50,368 nucleotides of DNA from Escherichia phage GaoY1-9D: sequence record PP971806.1; one strand, 5' to 3'. The translations under genes and the position numbers were made by a program. Shown piece after piece: positions 9,007 through 18,674 of the stretch. How positions within the stretch are numbered: position 1 is the stretch's first letter; every line of letters starts with the position of its first letter. The notes below the pieces were generated by a model. The model was not told where the DNA came from, searched no databases, and was given only the letters and a program-made list of their open reading frames with translations.

Positions 9007-10122
9007 ATGAAAGCTAAGCAAAGGTTTGATTACCTGTTATTTAAGGCGATAAAGGATGAGAATGGATTTATTTTTGATGTCCCAGTAGTTGCAAGGGTTG
9101 GCTTACAGGAGTATACGTTAGCAGATGGCTCAACCCAGAGGGAGTTCAGGCCAGAAAGTGAGGTTTTTGATATAGACTCACTGACTAGTTACAGAGGGAA
9201 GCCAATAACACTTGGGCACGTAACGGTAACTCCAGATAACGCAAAAGATGTTGTTGTGGGTAATTGTTCTGGAGAGGCTTTTGCTGATAGAGGTGAGGGT
9301 AAGGTAATGTGCCCGATCACCATAATGGACTCCGATGCAATTGCTGCTGCTGAGAGCGGCAAGGCTAGAGAGTTGTCAGTAGGATACACAGTTATTGAGA
9401 TTCACAAGGAAGGTTGGGGTTCAAATGCATCTGGTGAATATATTTTCAAAGACGACGTTGGGCCTGATATTAGCATCCCAGATGACTGGGTAGAGTTTGA
9501 CGTTCTACAGACAAAAATTAGGGTTAATCACGTCGCACTTGTTAGCAAGGGTCGAGCTGGTGTTGCCAGATTAAATCTTGACGGCTCAGAAGAAATTAAA
9601 TATGATGAGCATGTTCAATTAACCAATGAGGAAAGTAACATGACCGTAAAAATTAAAATTGATTCAGCAGAAGTGGAAGTGTCCAAAGACGTAGCTGACC
9701 ACATCGGCAAACTGCAAACCGCAGCAGAGCAAGCTGGTGCTAAAGTCGATGGCCTGCAAGCTGAGCGTGATGCGCTGAAAGCAAAGGTTGACGGCATTCC
9801 GGCTCAGATCGAAGCGGCTCTGGCGGAAGCAAAAGAAAAAGCTGACGCTCTGGGCGCTGTTCTCACTTTCGCTTCCGGCCTTGGCATCAAGTGCGACGGC
9901 CTTGACGAGAAAGCTATCAAGCTGGCAGTCATTGACGAAGTTCTCGGCATTGACGCGAAAGAAAAATCCGACGCATACATCAATCAGTCTTATGAAATCG
10001 CACGCGATTCTGATAAGATGGCTGCTCAACGCATTAAAGTGCACGGCGACAAAGCTGATGGCGCTCAAGGCGACAAAGCTGATGACGCGATCCCTGATCC
10101 GCAGGCGCGCTTCCGTAAGTAA
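9007..10122 (+). CDS. scaffolding protein, possibly with N-terminal prohead protease domain
   Basis: C-terminal Ala/Lys/Glu-rich coiled-coil-like region; position before capsid genes. Confidence 0.5.
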   Translation: MKAKQRFDYLLFKAIKDENGFIFDVPVVARVGLQEYTLADGSTQREFRPESEVFDIDSLTSYRGKPITLGHVTVTPDNAKDVVVGNCSGEAFADRGEGKVMCPITIMDSDAIAAAESGKARELSVGYTVIEIHKEGWGSNASGEYIFKDDVGPDISIPDDWVEFDVLQTKIRVNHVALVSKGRAGVARLNLDGSEEIKYDEHVQLTNEESNMTVKIKIDSAEVEVSKDVADHIGKLQTAAEQAGAKVDGLQAERDALKAKVDGIPAQIEAALAEAKEKADALGAVLTFASGLGIKCDGLDEKAIKLAVIDEVLGIDAKEKSDAYINQSYEIARDSDKMAAQRIKVHGDKADGAQGDKADDAIPDPQARFRK

Positions 10123-10175
10123 TAAAATGGCGGTCGAAAGGCCGCTTAATCTCTAAGTGAAAAAGGAAAAATATC

Positions 10176-10688
10176 ATGGCACTAATCAAAGCATCTTATA
10201 CGGTTAACCGTTCAAAAGCATATGCAGGACTGCTGGCTGACACCTCTCTCTACAACGTTGATGGAGCTTGTGCGGCGGCTAAAGAAATTAAGGTTGGCGT
10301 GGTAGTCGCCCTCGACCCTACTGGAAAGGTTGTTGATGGTCACAAAGTCGTAACTGACACCATCTCGGCAGAAACTCCAAACCTGGTTGGCGTATCAACC
10401 ATGTCTCACGCATACTCTCCGGAGGGTGTTTATGAAGAAGGTTCCGCAATCAACGTACTGACCAACGGTCGCGCATGGGTGCTGTGTGCTAAAGACCTGC
10501 CTGAAGTTAACAAAGAGTTCAATAAGCAGGTATTCTTGACCACTTCGGGTACTGTGGCGGCAACTGGCATTGGTACTGTTTACACCACCACTGGCGAGTG
10601 GCTAAAGACTGATAATGAGAACTTCGACATTATCAAAATCCAGGTTACTCAAGCTCAATTCCAGCTTCCGGCAAGTCCGGCAGCTTAA
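10176..10688 (+). CDS. capsid-associated protein (possible decoration protein)
   Basis: 170 aa, strong RBS, followed by terminator; position before major capsid. Confidence 0.35.
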   Translation: MALIKASYTVNRSKAYAGLLADTSLYNVDGACAAAKEIKVGVVVALDPTGKVVDGHKVVTDTISAETPNLVGVSTMSHAYSPEGVYEEGSAINVLTNGRAWVLCAKDLPEVNKEFNKQVFLTTSGTVAATGIGTVYTTTGEWLKTDNENFDIIKIQVTQAQFQLPASPAA

Positions 10689-10704
10689 TAGCTGAACCAT
10701 AATA

Positions 10705-10728
10705 GGGAGCCGAAAGGCTCCTTTTTTA
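10705..10728 (+). terminator. intrinsic terminator
   Basis: hairpin GGGAGCC-GAAA-GGCTCC then T6. Confidence 0.7.
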
Positions 10729-10767
10729 TTGCCAGAGAACGACATAATCGCTTAACATAAAAAGCTG

Positions 10768-10795
10768 TTGACCGTTTAACAAAAAATGCTATTAT
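10768..10795 (+). promoter_or_regulatory. sigma70-like promoter for capsid gene
   Basis: TTGACC, 16-bp spacer, TATTAT. Confidence 0.55.
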
Positions 10796-10845
10796 AGAGC
10801 CGTGAACTTAATCACGGCTTTCTAACAAACAAAGGAAAACAAATT

Positions 10846-11799
10846 ATGACTATGAAACTCGACGCTTTCGAGCAGAACATGATCACTACTGGTATGCGCC
10901 AGCTTGGCGTAAGCGGCAACAAAGCTGACCAGCTTGGCATCTGGACTGTAAAACAGATGACTCAGTTACTTAAGCGCCAGTATGAAGCGGCTTATCCTGA
11001 AACCTCCGCGCTGGCTCTGTTCCCTGTCACTACTGAGATTAGCCCGACCGCTAACCTGTTCGAATATCTCAAGTTTGACGGCGTGACCATGGCGAAGATT
11101 ATCGCTGACTACACCGACGACCTGCCAACTGTTGACGCTACTCACAGTATGGAATCTGGTCGAGTTCACCGCCTCGGTAACGCGTGGCTGATCTCTATCG
11201 ACGAGATTAAAACTGGTGCGGCACTTGGTTCAAGCCTGTCAGATCGTAAAGCGACTCTGGCGCGCGAAGGTCACGAAACTCTGGTTAACCAGTTGGTTTT
11301 CAAAGGCTCAAAGCCTCACAAAATCATCTCTGTTTTCGACCATCCGAACATCACCCGCGTAACATCCGCTACTGGCGCATGGGCTGACGCAGAGAAAGCA
11401 AGCGAAGAACTGACCGACCTGATCGAGAAGATGGAAACCCTGACCAATGGTCAGCACAAGATCACCGACATCGTCATCCCGCCGTCCCAGCGTAAATTGC
11501 TCGCTAAGCGTATGCCGGAAACCACGATGAGCTATCTGGACTGGTTCAAGTCTCAGAACGGTGGCATCACCATCTCTTCCATCTCCGAACTGGAAGACAT
11601 CGACGGCGCAGGCACTAAAGCTGTTCTTGCATATGAGAAAGACCCAATGAACATGAGTATCGAGATCCCTGAGTCTTTCAATATGCTCCCGATGCAGGCG
11701 AAGGATTTGCACTTTAAAGTCCCGTGCACTTCTAAGACTACTGGTCTGATCGTTTATCGACCGCTGACTATCATCATGCTGGTTGGCGTAGGTAAGTAA
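10846..11799 (+). CDS. major capsid protein
   Basis: 317 aa; own consensus promoter and terminator; position in head module. Confidence 0.65.
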   Translation: MTMKLDAFEQNMITTGMRQLGVSGNKADQLGIWTVKQMTQLLKRQYEAAYPETSALALFPVTTEISPTANLFEYLKFDGVTMAKIIADYTDDLPTVDATHSMESGRVHRLGNAWLISIDEIKTGAALGSSLSDRKATLAREGHETLVNQLVFKGSKPHKIISVFDHPNITRVTSATGAWADAEKASEELTDLIEKMETLTNGQHKITDIVIPPSQRKLLAKRMPETTMSYLDWFKSQNGGITISSISELEDIDGAGTKAVLAYEKDPMNMSIEIPESFNMLPMQAKDLHFKVPCTSKTTGLIVYRPLTIIMLVGVGK

Positions 11800-11804
11800 G
11801 ATAA

Positions 11805-11835
11805 AGCTCCTGATTAACGTCAGGGGCTTTTTTTA
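11805..11835 (+). terminator. intrinsic terminator
   Basis: hairpin AGCTCCTGA/TCAGGGGCT then T7. Confidence 0.65.
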
Positions 11836-11911
11836 TTGACATGCAACATCAAAACAATTACATTGAACACCTAGGCAATACACTCGTTAAACTAATCAAA
11901 AGGAAATAAAC

Positions 11912-12184
11912 ATGGCTAAGAAAAACGTCATTAAGAACATCGGCGCTTGTCTGGTTCGTATCGAAAAGCAAGATCTAAAACCTGATGACACTCTGGAAGT
12001 AACAGAGGAACAAATCAAATCCCAGGCGTTTAAATACCTGTTCTTACGCAAGGACATTGAATTTGACGATGATCCGAAGCGCACGCGTGAGTACATCGCT
12101 GAAATCAAAAAGGCCGCGAAGGTTAAGCCGGAAAAAGAATTGAAAGGTATTGAAGATCTTGAAACTGGCAAGGAATACAAATAA
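11912..12184 (+). CDS. hypothetical protein (Lys/Glu-rich)
   Basis: ORF with RBS AAAGGAAA; between two terminators. Confidence 0.45.
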   Translation: MAKKNVIKNIGACLVRIEKQDLKPDDTLEVTEEQIKSQAFKYLFLRKDIEFDDDPKRTREYIAEIKKAAKVKPEKELKGIEDLETGKEYK

Positions 12185-12190
12185 CCTATA

Positions 12191-12216
12191 GGGGCGCTGA
12201 TGCGTCCCTTTTTTTT
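12191..12216 (+). terminator. intrinsic terminator
   Basis: hairpin GGGGCGC-TGAT-GCGTCCC then T8. Confidence 0.65.
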
Positions 12217-12233
12217 AACATGAGGAAGCTACT

Positions 12234-12647
12234 ATGAATGAAGATCAGATTAAGGCGTTCGAATTTATGTGCCAGTTGGCCCCAGCGTTACGAAAGGTAG
12301 ATAGCGTCACCTTCCTGGCGTGGATAATGCTGGCTGAGTCATTCGTGTGCAAGAATAAATTCGGTGCTGACTATTACAAAGCACTGGCCCTGTACACCAT
12401 GCACTTGATGTTTTTGGATGGTGCAATGAAGGGAGAGAATGAAAGTCTGGAGAACTACTCACGGCGAGTAACGTCATTCTCCCTGAGCGGTGAATTTTCG
12501 ACTGGCTACGGATCTGTAACTCAGAACACTGATGGGCGTCAGATTACACAAACCCCATGGGGCAAAATGTACGACGTTCTCAACAAGAAGAAAGGCGGAG
12601 GCTTCGGCCTTATCTCTGGTATTCGGGCGCGGGGGTGTGTGCGATGA
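12234..12647 (+). CDS. head-tail connector or head completion protein (putative)
   Basis: position between capsid and tail genes. Confidence 0.4.
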   Translation: MNEDQIKAFEFMCQLAPALRKVDSVTFLAWIMLAESFVCKNKFGADYYKALALYTMHLMFLDGAMKGENESLENYSRRVTSFSLSGEFSTGYGSVTQNTDGRQITQTPWGKMYDVLNKKKGGGFGLISGIRARGCVR

Positions 12648-13024
12648 TTGATTATAACGAAGTCCAAAGGCTTACCGATCAGGGGATTAATGCCTTCTCT
12701 GGAAACGATGAGGTCGGATTCGACATTATCATCTCTGGTGGCGGCGTCCAAATGGTTGACGGTGAAGAGGTGAAAGTACCGGAGGTTCTCGGCAAAGTTT
12801 TCGGCGCTGTACGAGCGATCAGCTATCACATGATTGATGGCGAATCTATCAGGCTGGGAGACAAGCGCGCATTCTTCTCTAACGTCACGCCGATTGAGAA
12901 CGGGATGATTATCATCCTTGATGGCCAGCACTGGCGAGTCGTTGACAATCGACCAGTTAACCCGACTCAATCTCACGTTATCGCATACCGTCCGATCTTG
13001 CGTAAGGTTGCGGCACATGGCTAA
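12644..13024 (+). CDS. head-tail adaptor (putative)
   Basis: ATG 12644 overlapping previous stop; position. Confidence 0.4.
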   Translation: MIDYNEVQRLTDQGINAFSGNDEVGFDIIISGGGVQMVDGEEVKVPEVLGKVFGAVRAISYHMIDGESIRLGDKRAFFSNVTPIENGMIIILDGQHWRVVDNRPVNPTQSHVIAYRPILRKVAAHG

Positions 13025-13460
13025 CTATATCGTCAGGAAATTCCAGGGCGATATAGAGAAGTGGATTAAGCAGGTGAAATCAGGCCTTGATGATGTTATT
13101 CGTGAGTTCGTCAAGGCTGTACACGCCGATTTAGTTAAAGGCTCTCCAGTCGATACAGGACGTTTTAGAGCTAACTGGCAGATAACCTATAATCACATCC
13201 CAATGTACGCGCTGAATGAGTATGATAAATCCGGTAACGCTACCATTGCAGCAGGCATACGAACAGCTAACGCATTGCCGTTAGGTCGTGGCGGCGCGGT
13301 AACTACCATCTATTTTTCTAACATGCTGATCTATGCAAATGCTCTGGAGTACGGACATTCACAGCAAGCTCCCGCTGGTGTGCTTGGTCTAGTGGCTATC
13401 CGGTTGAGATCTTACATGGCAGAAGCAATTATTGAATCAAGGAATAAAAATGGTTTATGA
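13017..13460 (+). CDS. neck or tail completion protein (putative)
   Basis: ATG 13017 overlapping previous stop; position. Confidence 0.4.
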   Translation: MANYIVRKFQGDIEKWIKQVKSGLDDVIREFVKAVHADLVKGSPVDTGRFRANWQITYNHIPMYALNEYDKSGNATIAAGIRTANALPLGRGGAVTTIYFSNMLIYANALEYGHSQQAPAGVLGLVAIRLRSYMAEAIIESRNKNGL

Positions 13461-13851
13461 CGATTATGACCTGGCGGTCGCGGCGCGCAAGGCGCTTTAT
13501 GGTGAGTTTGGTAGTCGATTCCCGATCATGTATGAGAACGTGTCATTCACCGAGCCTGATGATGGCTCTACGTGGTTGAAGTTTGATTACATTCCGGCAG
13601 AGAAGACGTATAAGTCTCTGAGCCGGAAGTGTATCAGGATCCGTGGACTCGTACAGATTGGCATCGTGTTCTCGCCTGATACTGGCATGGACGACGCGCG
13701 CAAGCTCGCAAAAGAAATTGCTAATTTCTTCGAAGATGGTAAAATCCTTTCTGTAGGTTTTATTTTTGAAGGCGCGAGCCAAAAGCCCGTGCAGAAATCC
13801 CAAAGAGGCTGGTTAATTCCAATCCGCTTCACAGTACAATACGACGAATAA
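13450..13851 (+). CDS. tail terminator-like protein (putative)
   Basis: ATG 13450 with RBS AAGGA; directly upstream of major tail protein. Confidence 0.4.
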   Translation: MVYDDYDLAVAARKALYGEFGSRFPIMYENVSFTEPDDGSTWLKFDYIPAEKTYKSLSRKCIRIRGLVQIGIVFSPDTGMDDARKLAKEIANFFEDGKILSVGFIFEGASQKPVQKSQRGWLIPIRFTVQYDE

Positions 13852-13864
13852 AGGAGCATTAACT

Positions 13865-14539
13865 ATGGCACTTCCTAACGGTTCCCAAATCTTTATTGAG
13901 CAGACCCGAGCAGCCACCGAAATCGAAGCAACCGCAGTGAGTAACGCGGAAAATCCGGTGGCGACTGTTGCGTCAACCACTGGCATTGTGAAAGGCGATT
14001 ACGTCCTGGTGCTGGAAAGCGTATGGGCTGCATTTAAAAACCGCGTAATGCGCGTAAAAGAAGTGGTTAGCGACACATCAATCACGCTTGAAGGCGACAA
14101 GAACACTTCCACGGCTGACCTTAACAAGTTCCCCGCTGGCGGCGCCTCCACCTTCGTTAAGATCGAAAGCTGGATTGAGATTCCATGCGTGAGCGACATC
14201 GCAAAATCTGGTGGCGAGCAGCAGTTCTATACCAAGCAGTGTCTTTCAGATGACCGTGAAAAGCAGATCCCGACCTTTAAATCTGCGACGTCCATCGCGT
14301 ATACGTTCGACTTCGACTACTCCAACCCAATCACACAGCTTCTGATTGGTTACGACGAAGACGGCAAGACGCGCGCTATGCGAATGTTTGTACCGAAGGC
14401 AAGCTATCCGATCCGAACCTTCTCTGGCACGCCATCTTTCGATGACATCCCTAACACGGTGATGAACGAAGATGAAACGACCGTCCTGACCATCTCGCTT
14501 GATGGCAAATATACTCACATGAAAGAGTTTGTTGCGTAA
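13865..14539 (+). CDS. major tail protein
   Basis: 224 aa, strong RBS AAGGAG, followed by terminator; precedes chaperone and tape measure genes. Confidence 0.6.
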   Translation: MALPNGSQIFIEQTRAATEIEATAVSNAENPVATVASTTGIVKGDYVLVLESVWAAFKNRVMRVKEVVSDTSITLEGDKNTSTADLNKFPAGGASTFVKIESWIEIPCVSDIAKSGGEQQFYTKQCLSDDREKQIPTFKSATSIAYTFDFDYSNPITQLLIGYDEDGKTRAMRMFVPKASYPIRTFSGTPSFDDIPNTVMNEDETTVLTISLDGKYTHMKEFVA

Positions 14540-14544
14540 TGCAA

Positions 14545-14574
14545 AGGGGGGCTATTGCCCCCTCTTTTTATTTG
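14545..14574 (+). terminator. intrinsic terminator
   Basis: hairpin GGGGGC/GCCCCC then T-run. Confidence 0.65.
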
Positions 14575-14613
14575 TGGTTTAATAGATACTCAATTAACTA
14601 GAGGGCATTTCAA

Positions 14614-14928
14614 ATGGCTGCAAAATTTAAAGTAACTTTGGGCGCACTGCCTGATTTCATTCTTCCGGTTTCTTTCGTCATGCCAAACGGAGATGAGGCT
14701 GAGATTAAATTCAAGGTTCGCCACAAGAAAGCAAGCGAAATCAAAGCACTATATGACGGCGAGGCGAAGGATTATACCTTTATCAACGAGGTTTGCACTG
14801 GCTGGGATCTGGAGGATGAGTTTAATTCCGAAAACGCACAGGCTATTGTTGATCTCTTCCCATCCATTGCACTGGCGCTGGCTCAAGCCTACATGGGCGC
14901 TCTCGTTGGTCAGCGAGTAAAAAACTAA
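14614..14928 (+). CDS. tail assembly chaperone (G-like)
   Basis: position before tape measure; ends at slippery AAAAAAC. Confidence 0.55.
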   Translation: MAAKFKVTLGALPDFILPVSFVMPNGDEAEIKFKVRHKKASEIKALYDGEAKDYTFINEVCTGWDLEDEFNSENAQAIVDLFPSIALALAQAYMGALVGQRVKN

Positions 14929-14942
14929 AAAGGGCGATCCGG

Positions 14943-15239
14943 TTGATGTTCCAAAAATCACCGACTGATGCAGAGCTTGAGGCGTACGGATTGACCCGTG
15001 AAGATTACGAGGATGAAGAGCCTGAGATATTAATCTTTGATGAGTCAATGTATCAGTCATGGGAGATATTCAACGCAATGAATACTCAGTGGAGATCATC
15101 CGGAGGCGTCCCTTACGGTCTTGATTATAATGTGTTGCCGATGTTGTTCAGAATCTATAAAATAGACGATGAGGAAATGGCACTCAATGATGTGCGAGTA
15201 ATGGAGGGCTTAGCCCTACAACTCATGCACAAAAAGTAA
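14943..15239 (+). CDS. tail assembly chaperone extension (T-like), probably expressed as G-T fusion by -1 frameshift
   Basis: ORF in -1 frame relative to 14614..14928; slippery heptamer 14919-14925. Confidence 0.45.
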   Translation: MMFQKSPTDAELEAYGLTREDYEDEEPEILIFDESMYQSWEIFNAMNTQWRSSGGVPYGLDYNVLPMLFRIYKIDDEEMALNDVRVMEGLALQLMHKK

Positions 15240-15241
15240 TA

Positions 15242-15265
15242 AGCGCCTACGGGCGCTTTTTTTTG
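15242..15265 (+). terminator. intrinsic terminator-like hairpin
   Basis: AGCGCC-TAC-GGGCGCT then T8. Confidence 0.5.
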
Positions 15266-18200
15266 TTTGGGGGTTTTATGACAGATAAATTTGCAGGGCT
15301 ATCTCTTGGTGTTGACGTTTCCCAGGTTGATAAGGCGGTGAAATCACTGGAGAACTTCTCCAAGGCTAACAATAAGGCGGCTGGCTCTATCTCTGATTTT
15401 GTCGATAATGAACAGGTGGCAAGGACGAAGGCAAAAGAGCTAGCGTCTGAATTGTCACGCCAGCGTTCCGAGTTCCAGAAGCTTGAGAGAGTCATTGACC
15501 CGACAGCTAGCAAAATGTCACGCCTTAAAACTGCTAGTGAGCAACTTGATGCGGCGTGGCAAAAAGGAGTTGTACCTGATAAAAAGTTTTTCGAATTAGG
15601 TGAAATGCTTGAGACGCAGAATAACGCGCTCATCAAGTCACGCTCTATGTTGACAGTGGAGGGGCGTGCTGCGGCGGAGAATGCCAAGCAGAAGGCCAGG
15701 GCCAAAGTTGATGCTGATAACTTCATTCGAAGCCTTGAGCGTCAAGCGCAAGCGGCTACGATGACGAAGCAAGAAATGCTTGAGCTCAGGGCTGCGGAGT
15801 TGGGCGTATCGGGCAAAGCGGCTCCTTTGATTTCTCAGTTAAATCAGCAAGCGGAAGCATTCAAACTCAGCGGAATCTCAGCGAGTGAATACCGAAACGC
15901 AATGAGGATGCTACCTGCGCAGATTACTGATGTTGTAACATCAATGGCGTCTGGGATGCCGATATGGATGGTTGCCATCCAGCAGGGAGGGCAGATCAAA
16001 GATTCATTCGGCGGAATTGGTAACGTGATGCAGTTAGCGAAGGATGGCGTGATTGATTATATATCATCCATTACAGAGCTTAAATCAGCATTCGAGGATG
16101 TAAGAACCTTGGGTCAAGATGCGATTACCAGATTCGGACGGGCGACAACGATTTTCGGCGGCGGCATTGTCACGGCGGTTGCTGCTATTGGTTATGCGGC
16201 TTACTCCTCATACTCTGAGCTGAAAGAGCTTCAAAGCGCTATCGTTCTGAGCGGTGGATATGCGGTTCAATCAGCGGCTGAAATGGATACATTGACCGAT
16301 GCGATCACCGAAAACAGCAAGGCAAGCGGCGGAGCGGTTAAGGATATCGCTGCATCCATGGCTAAGTCTGGCAAGTACACATCCGATCAAATCAAAATCA
16401 TCACCGCATCAACGGCGGATTGGGCGACAGTAACAGGAACAAGCGCAGATAAGATCATTGCGGAGTTCGATAAGATTGCAAAAGATCCGGTTAGCGGACT
16501 GACGGAGTTAAACAAGACATATAACTTCCTAGAGAAAGGCCAGTTAACATACATCAACAATCTTAAGAAAACGGAAGGTCAAACTGCGGCGGTTACTGCT
16601 GCGACGAAAATTTTCGCCGATGTAATGGATGATCGAATTGAAAGGCTTGCGGAATCAGCAAACCCACTAGAGAAAATGTGGTGGAATATCAAGAAATGGT
16701 CTAGCGACGCGTGGGATTCCGTTTCCGATAGGACGCTAGGGGCGCTAAATCTGATCACCGATGTAGTTGCTGGCACGGTTGAGCAGGTCAAAGTGATCCT
16801 CAACTATGGAGATCAGTACATTGGGGAGTTCGTCATTTCAGCTACAAAGGCGATGCAGGGGATTCCTGGCATGGGCACTTTCGGTCAATCGGTGATCGAC
16901 GAGCAGCAGAAAATTGTTGACGCAGCCAAAAAACAAAACGAGGAGTTGTCAAAATCCATCGCAGAGCGAGACGCTAGGATCAGAAAGGGGGAAATGGGCT
17001 ACTCGGAAGCGAGCAAGAATGAGAAGGTAGGAGACGGTTATTCGTCAAAAACAAAAGAAGCTGTAGACAAAGAGGCAGAGGATCTAAAAAAATTAAACAA
17101 GGAAAAGAAATACTCAGTCGAACAGGGTATTAAAATCACCGATCAGTACGAAATGGATATTGTCGCCTTGCAGTCTCAGCTAAAAGTACTGCAGGAGCAT
17201 AAGACCATCAACGACAGCATCAGCCAGCAGCGCAAAACGCAATGGAACGAGCAAGCGCGGATACTGATTCTGGAGGGTATCGCGGCGGATCAGAAAGGGA
17301 GAGCGCTGACGCAGGAAGAGAAATCAATCCTTTTAAACAAGGCCAAGATTCTAGACCTTGCGGAACAGAAAGCGGTGTTGGGGGATCAGATTGTTGTCCA
17401 AGAGCGTTTGAATAAGTTGCAGGACGATTCAGAGAAGTTCGTGAATAAGACTCTGGCGGCAACAAGATCTCTCAACGATACCAAAGCGATGGGCGACAGG
17501 GAGGCAAAACGCTACGCTGAAAGAGAGGCTATGAAAGCCGATTGGGCGAACAGGGGCGGGAAAGATGCTGATCCGGCACTAAAAAGAATGCTTGATGAGC
17601 AAGATAAGTACTACGCGGCGGAAGATGCTAAGCGTGCTGACTGGTTGGCTGGGGCTGAAAACGCTTTTGAAAACTACGGCGCAGCGGCAACGGATATGTA
17701 TACCAACGTTGGCAGTATCGCAACGAGCGCATTAAACGGAATGTCTGACATGATGACTGAGTTTTTGATGACGGGGCAGGCCAACTTCGCTGACTTCGCA
17801 AAGAGCATTATCAGCCAGATCATTAAGATGATCACGCAGATGGTAATCTTCAACTCAATCTCCGGCATGATGGGCGGCTCGGCTGGTGGTAAGGGATTCT
17901 CCTTCGCTAACTCAGGTTGGTTCGCCACTGGTGGCTACACCGGAGACGGCGGGAAGTATGAGCCAGCAGGAACAGTTCATAAGGGTGAGTTCGTCATGAC
18001 CAAGGAAGCTACGAAGCGAATTGGCGTCGATAACCTTTATCGAATGATGCGCGGTTATGCGAATGGCGGGATGGTTGGCGGAACGTCAAGCGGTGGCGGT
18101 GGCGGTACAATCATGGCTGGCGGAGTGACAATCGGAAGCATCCCTGTTAGCATTAATAACGGTAGCGATCCGAAGGGCATGGAGCAGGGCGTGAAAATGA

Positions 18201-18280
18201 TTTTCAAGCAAATGATTCAGGAATCATGCTCCCAGGGTGGAGAAGTTTACAACTACATCAACGGAAAAGCAGGAGCGTAA
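15263..18280 (+). CDS. tail tape measure protein
   Basis: 1005 aa, coiled-coil rich, hydrophobic segments and Gly-rich C-terminal region; position. Confidence 0.9.
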   Translation: MFGGFMTDKFAGLSLGVDVSQVDKAVKSLENFSKANNKAAGSISDFVDNEQVARTKAKELASELSRQRSEFQKLERVIDPTASKMSRLKTASEQLDAAWQKGVVPDKKFFELGEMLETQNNALIKSRSMLTVEGRAAAENAKQKARAKVDADNFIRSLERQAQAATMTKQEMLELRAAELGVSGKAAPLISQLNQQAEAFKLSGISASEYRNAMRMLPAQITDVVTSMASGMPIWMVAIQQGGQIKDSFGGIGNVMQLAKDGVIDYISSITELKSAFEDVRTLGQDAITRFGRATTIFGGGIVTAVAAIGYAAYSSYSELKELQSAIVLSGGYAVQSAAEMDTLTDAITENSKASGGAVKDIAASMAKSGKYTSDQIKIITASTADWATVTGTSADKIIAEFDKIAKDPVSGLTELNKTYNFLEKGQLTYINNLKKTEGQTAAVTAATKIFADVMDDRIERLAESANPLEKMWWNIKKWSSDAWDSVSDRTLGALNLITDVVAGTVEQVKVILNYGDQYIGEFVISATKAMQGIPGMGTFGQSVIDEQQKIVDAAKKQNEELSKSIAERDARIRKGEMGYSEASKNEKVGDGYSSKTKEAVDKEAEDLKKLNKEKKYSVEQGIKITDQYEMDIVALQSQLKVLQEHKTINDSISQQRKTQWNEQARILILEGIAADQKGRALTQEEKSILLNKAKILDLAEQKAVLGDQIVVQERLNKLQDDSEKFVNKTLAATRSLNDTKAMGDREAKRYAEREAMKADWANRGGKDADPALKRMLDEQDKYYAAEDAKRADWLAGAENAFENYGAAATDMYTNVGSIATSALNGMSDMMTEFLMTGQANFADFAKSIISQIIKMITQMVIFNSISGMMGGSAGGKGFSFANSGWFATGGYTGDGGKYEPAGTVHKGEFVMTKEATKRIGVDNLYRMMRGYANGGMVGGTSSGGGGGTIMAGGVTIGSIPVSINNGSDPKGMEQGVKMIFKQMIQESCSQGGEVYNYINGKAGA

Positions 18281-18283
18281 TAA

Positions 18284-18631
18284 ATGGCCCTAGACGTTTT
18301 CAAGTGGTGCGTACAGGTTCAGGATGGTGGCGGTGTGATGACCGTCACCAACAATGACAGGCAGGTGCAGTTTGGTAACGGATTCCGCCAGGTTGCATCG
18401 TCTGGCTATAACACTGAGCGACGAGAGTACGCAATAAGTTACGTTGGCAAGGACTGGAAAGAAGTGCGCGAATTTTTGCGATCGCACAGACTGAAAGCCT
18501 TTGCCTTTACCCCACCGGAGGACAAGATCGGCGTCTTCCTATTGAAGCCTGACACGCTGAATACTCAGCCAATCGGTCGAGGCCTTCTTGTCGTAAAATG
18601 CACCATTGTAGAAGCCTTCACAGCGGTGTAG
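18284..18631 (+). CDS. minor tail protein (M-like)
   Basis: 115 aa directly after tape measure. Confidence 0.6.
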   Translation: MALDVFKWCVQVQDGGGVMTVTNNDRQVQFGNGFRQVASSGYNTERREYAISYVGKDWKEVREFLRSHRLKAFAFTPPEDKIGVFLLKPDTLNTQPIGRGLLVVKCTIVEAFTAV

Positions 18632-18635
18632 AATA

Positions 18636-18660
18636 AAGCCTCCTAACGGGGGCTTTTTTA
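18636..18660 (+). terminator. intrinsic terminator-like hairpin
   Basis: GC hairpin then T6. Confidence 0.5.
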
Positions 18661-18674
18661 TTGGAGGTAATCCC

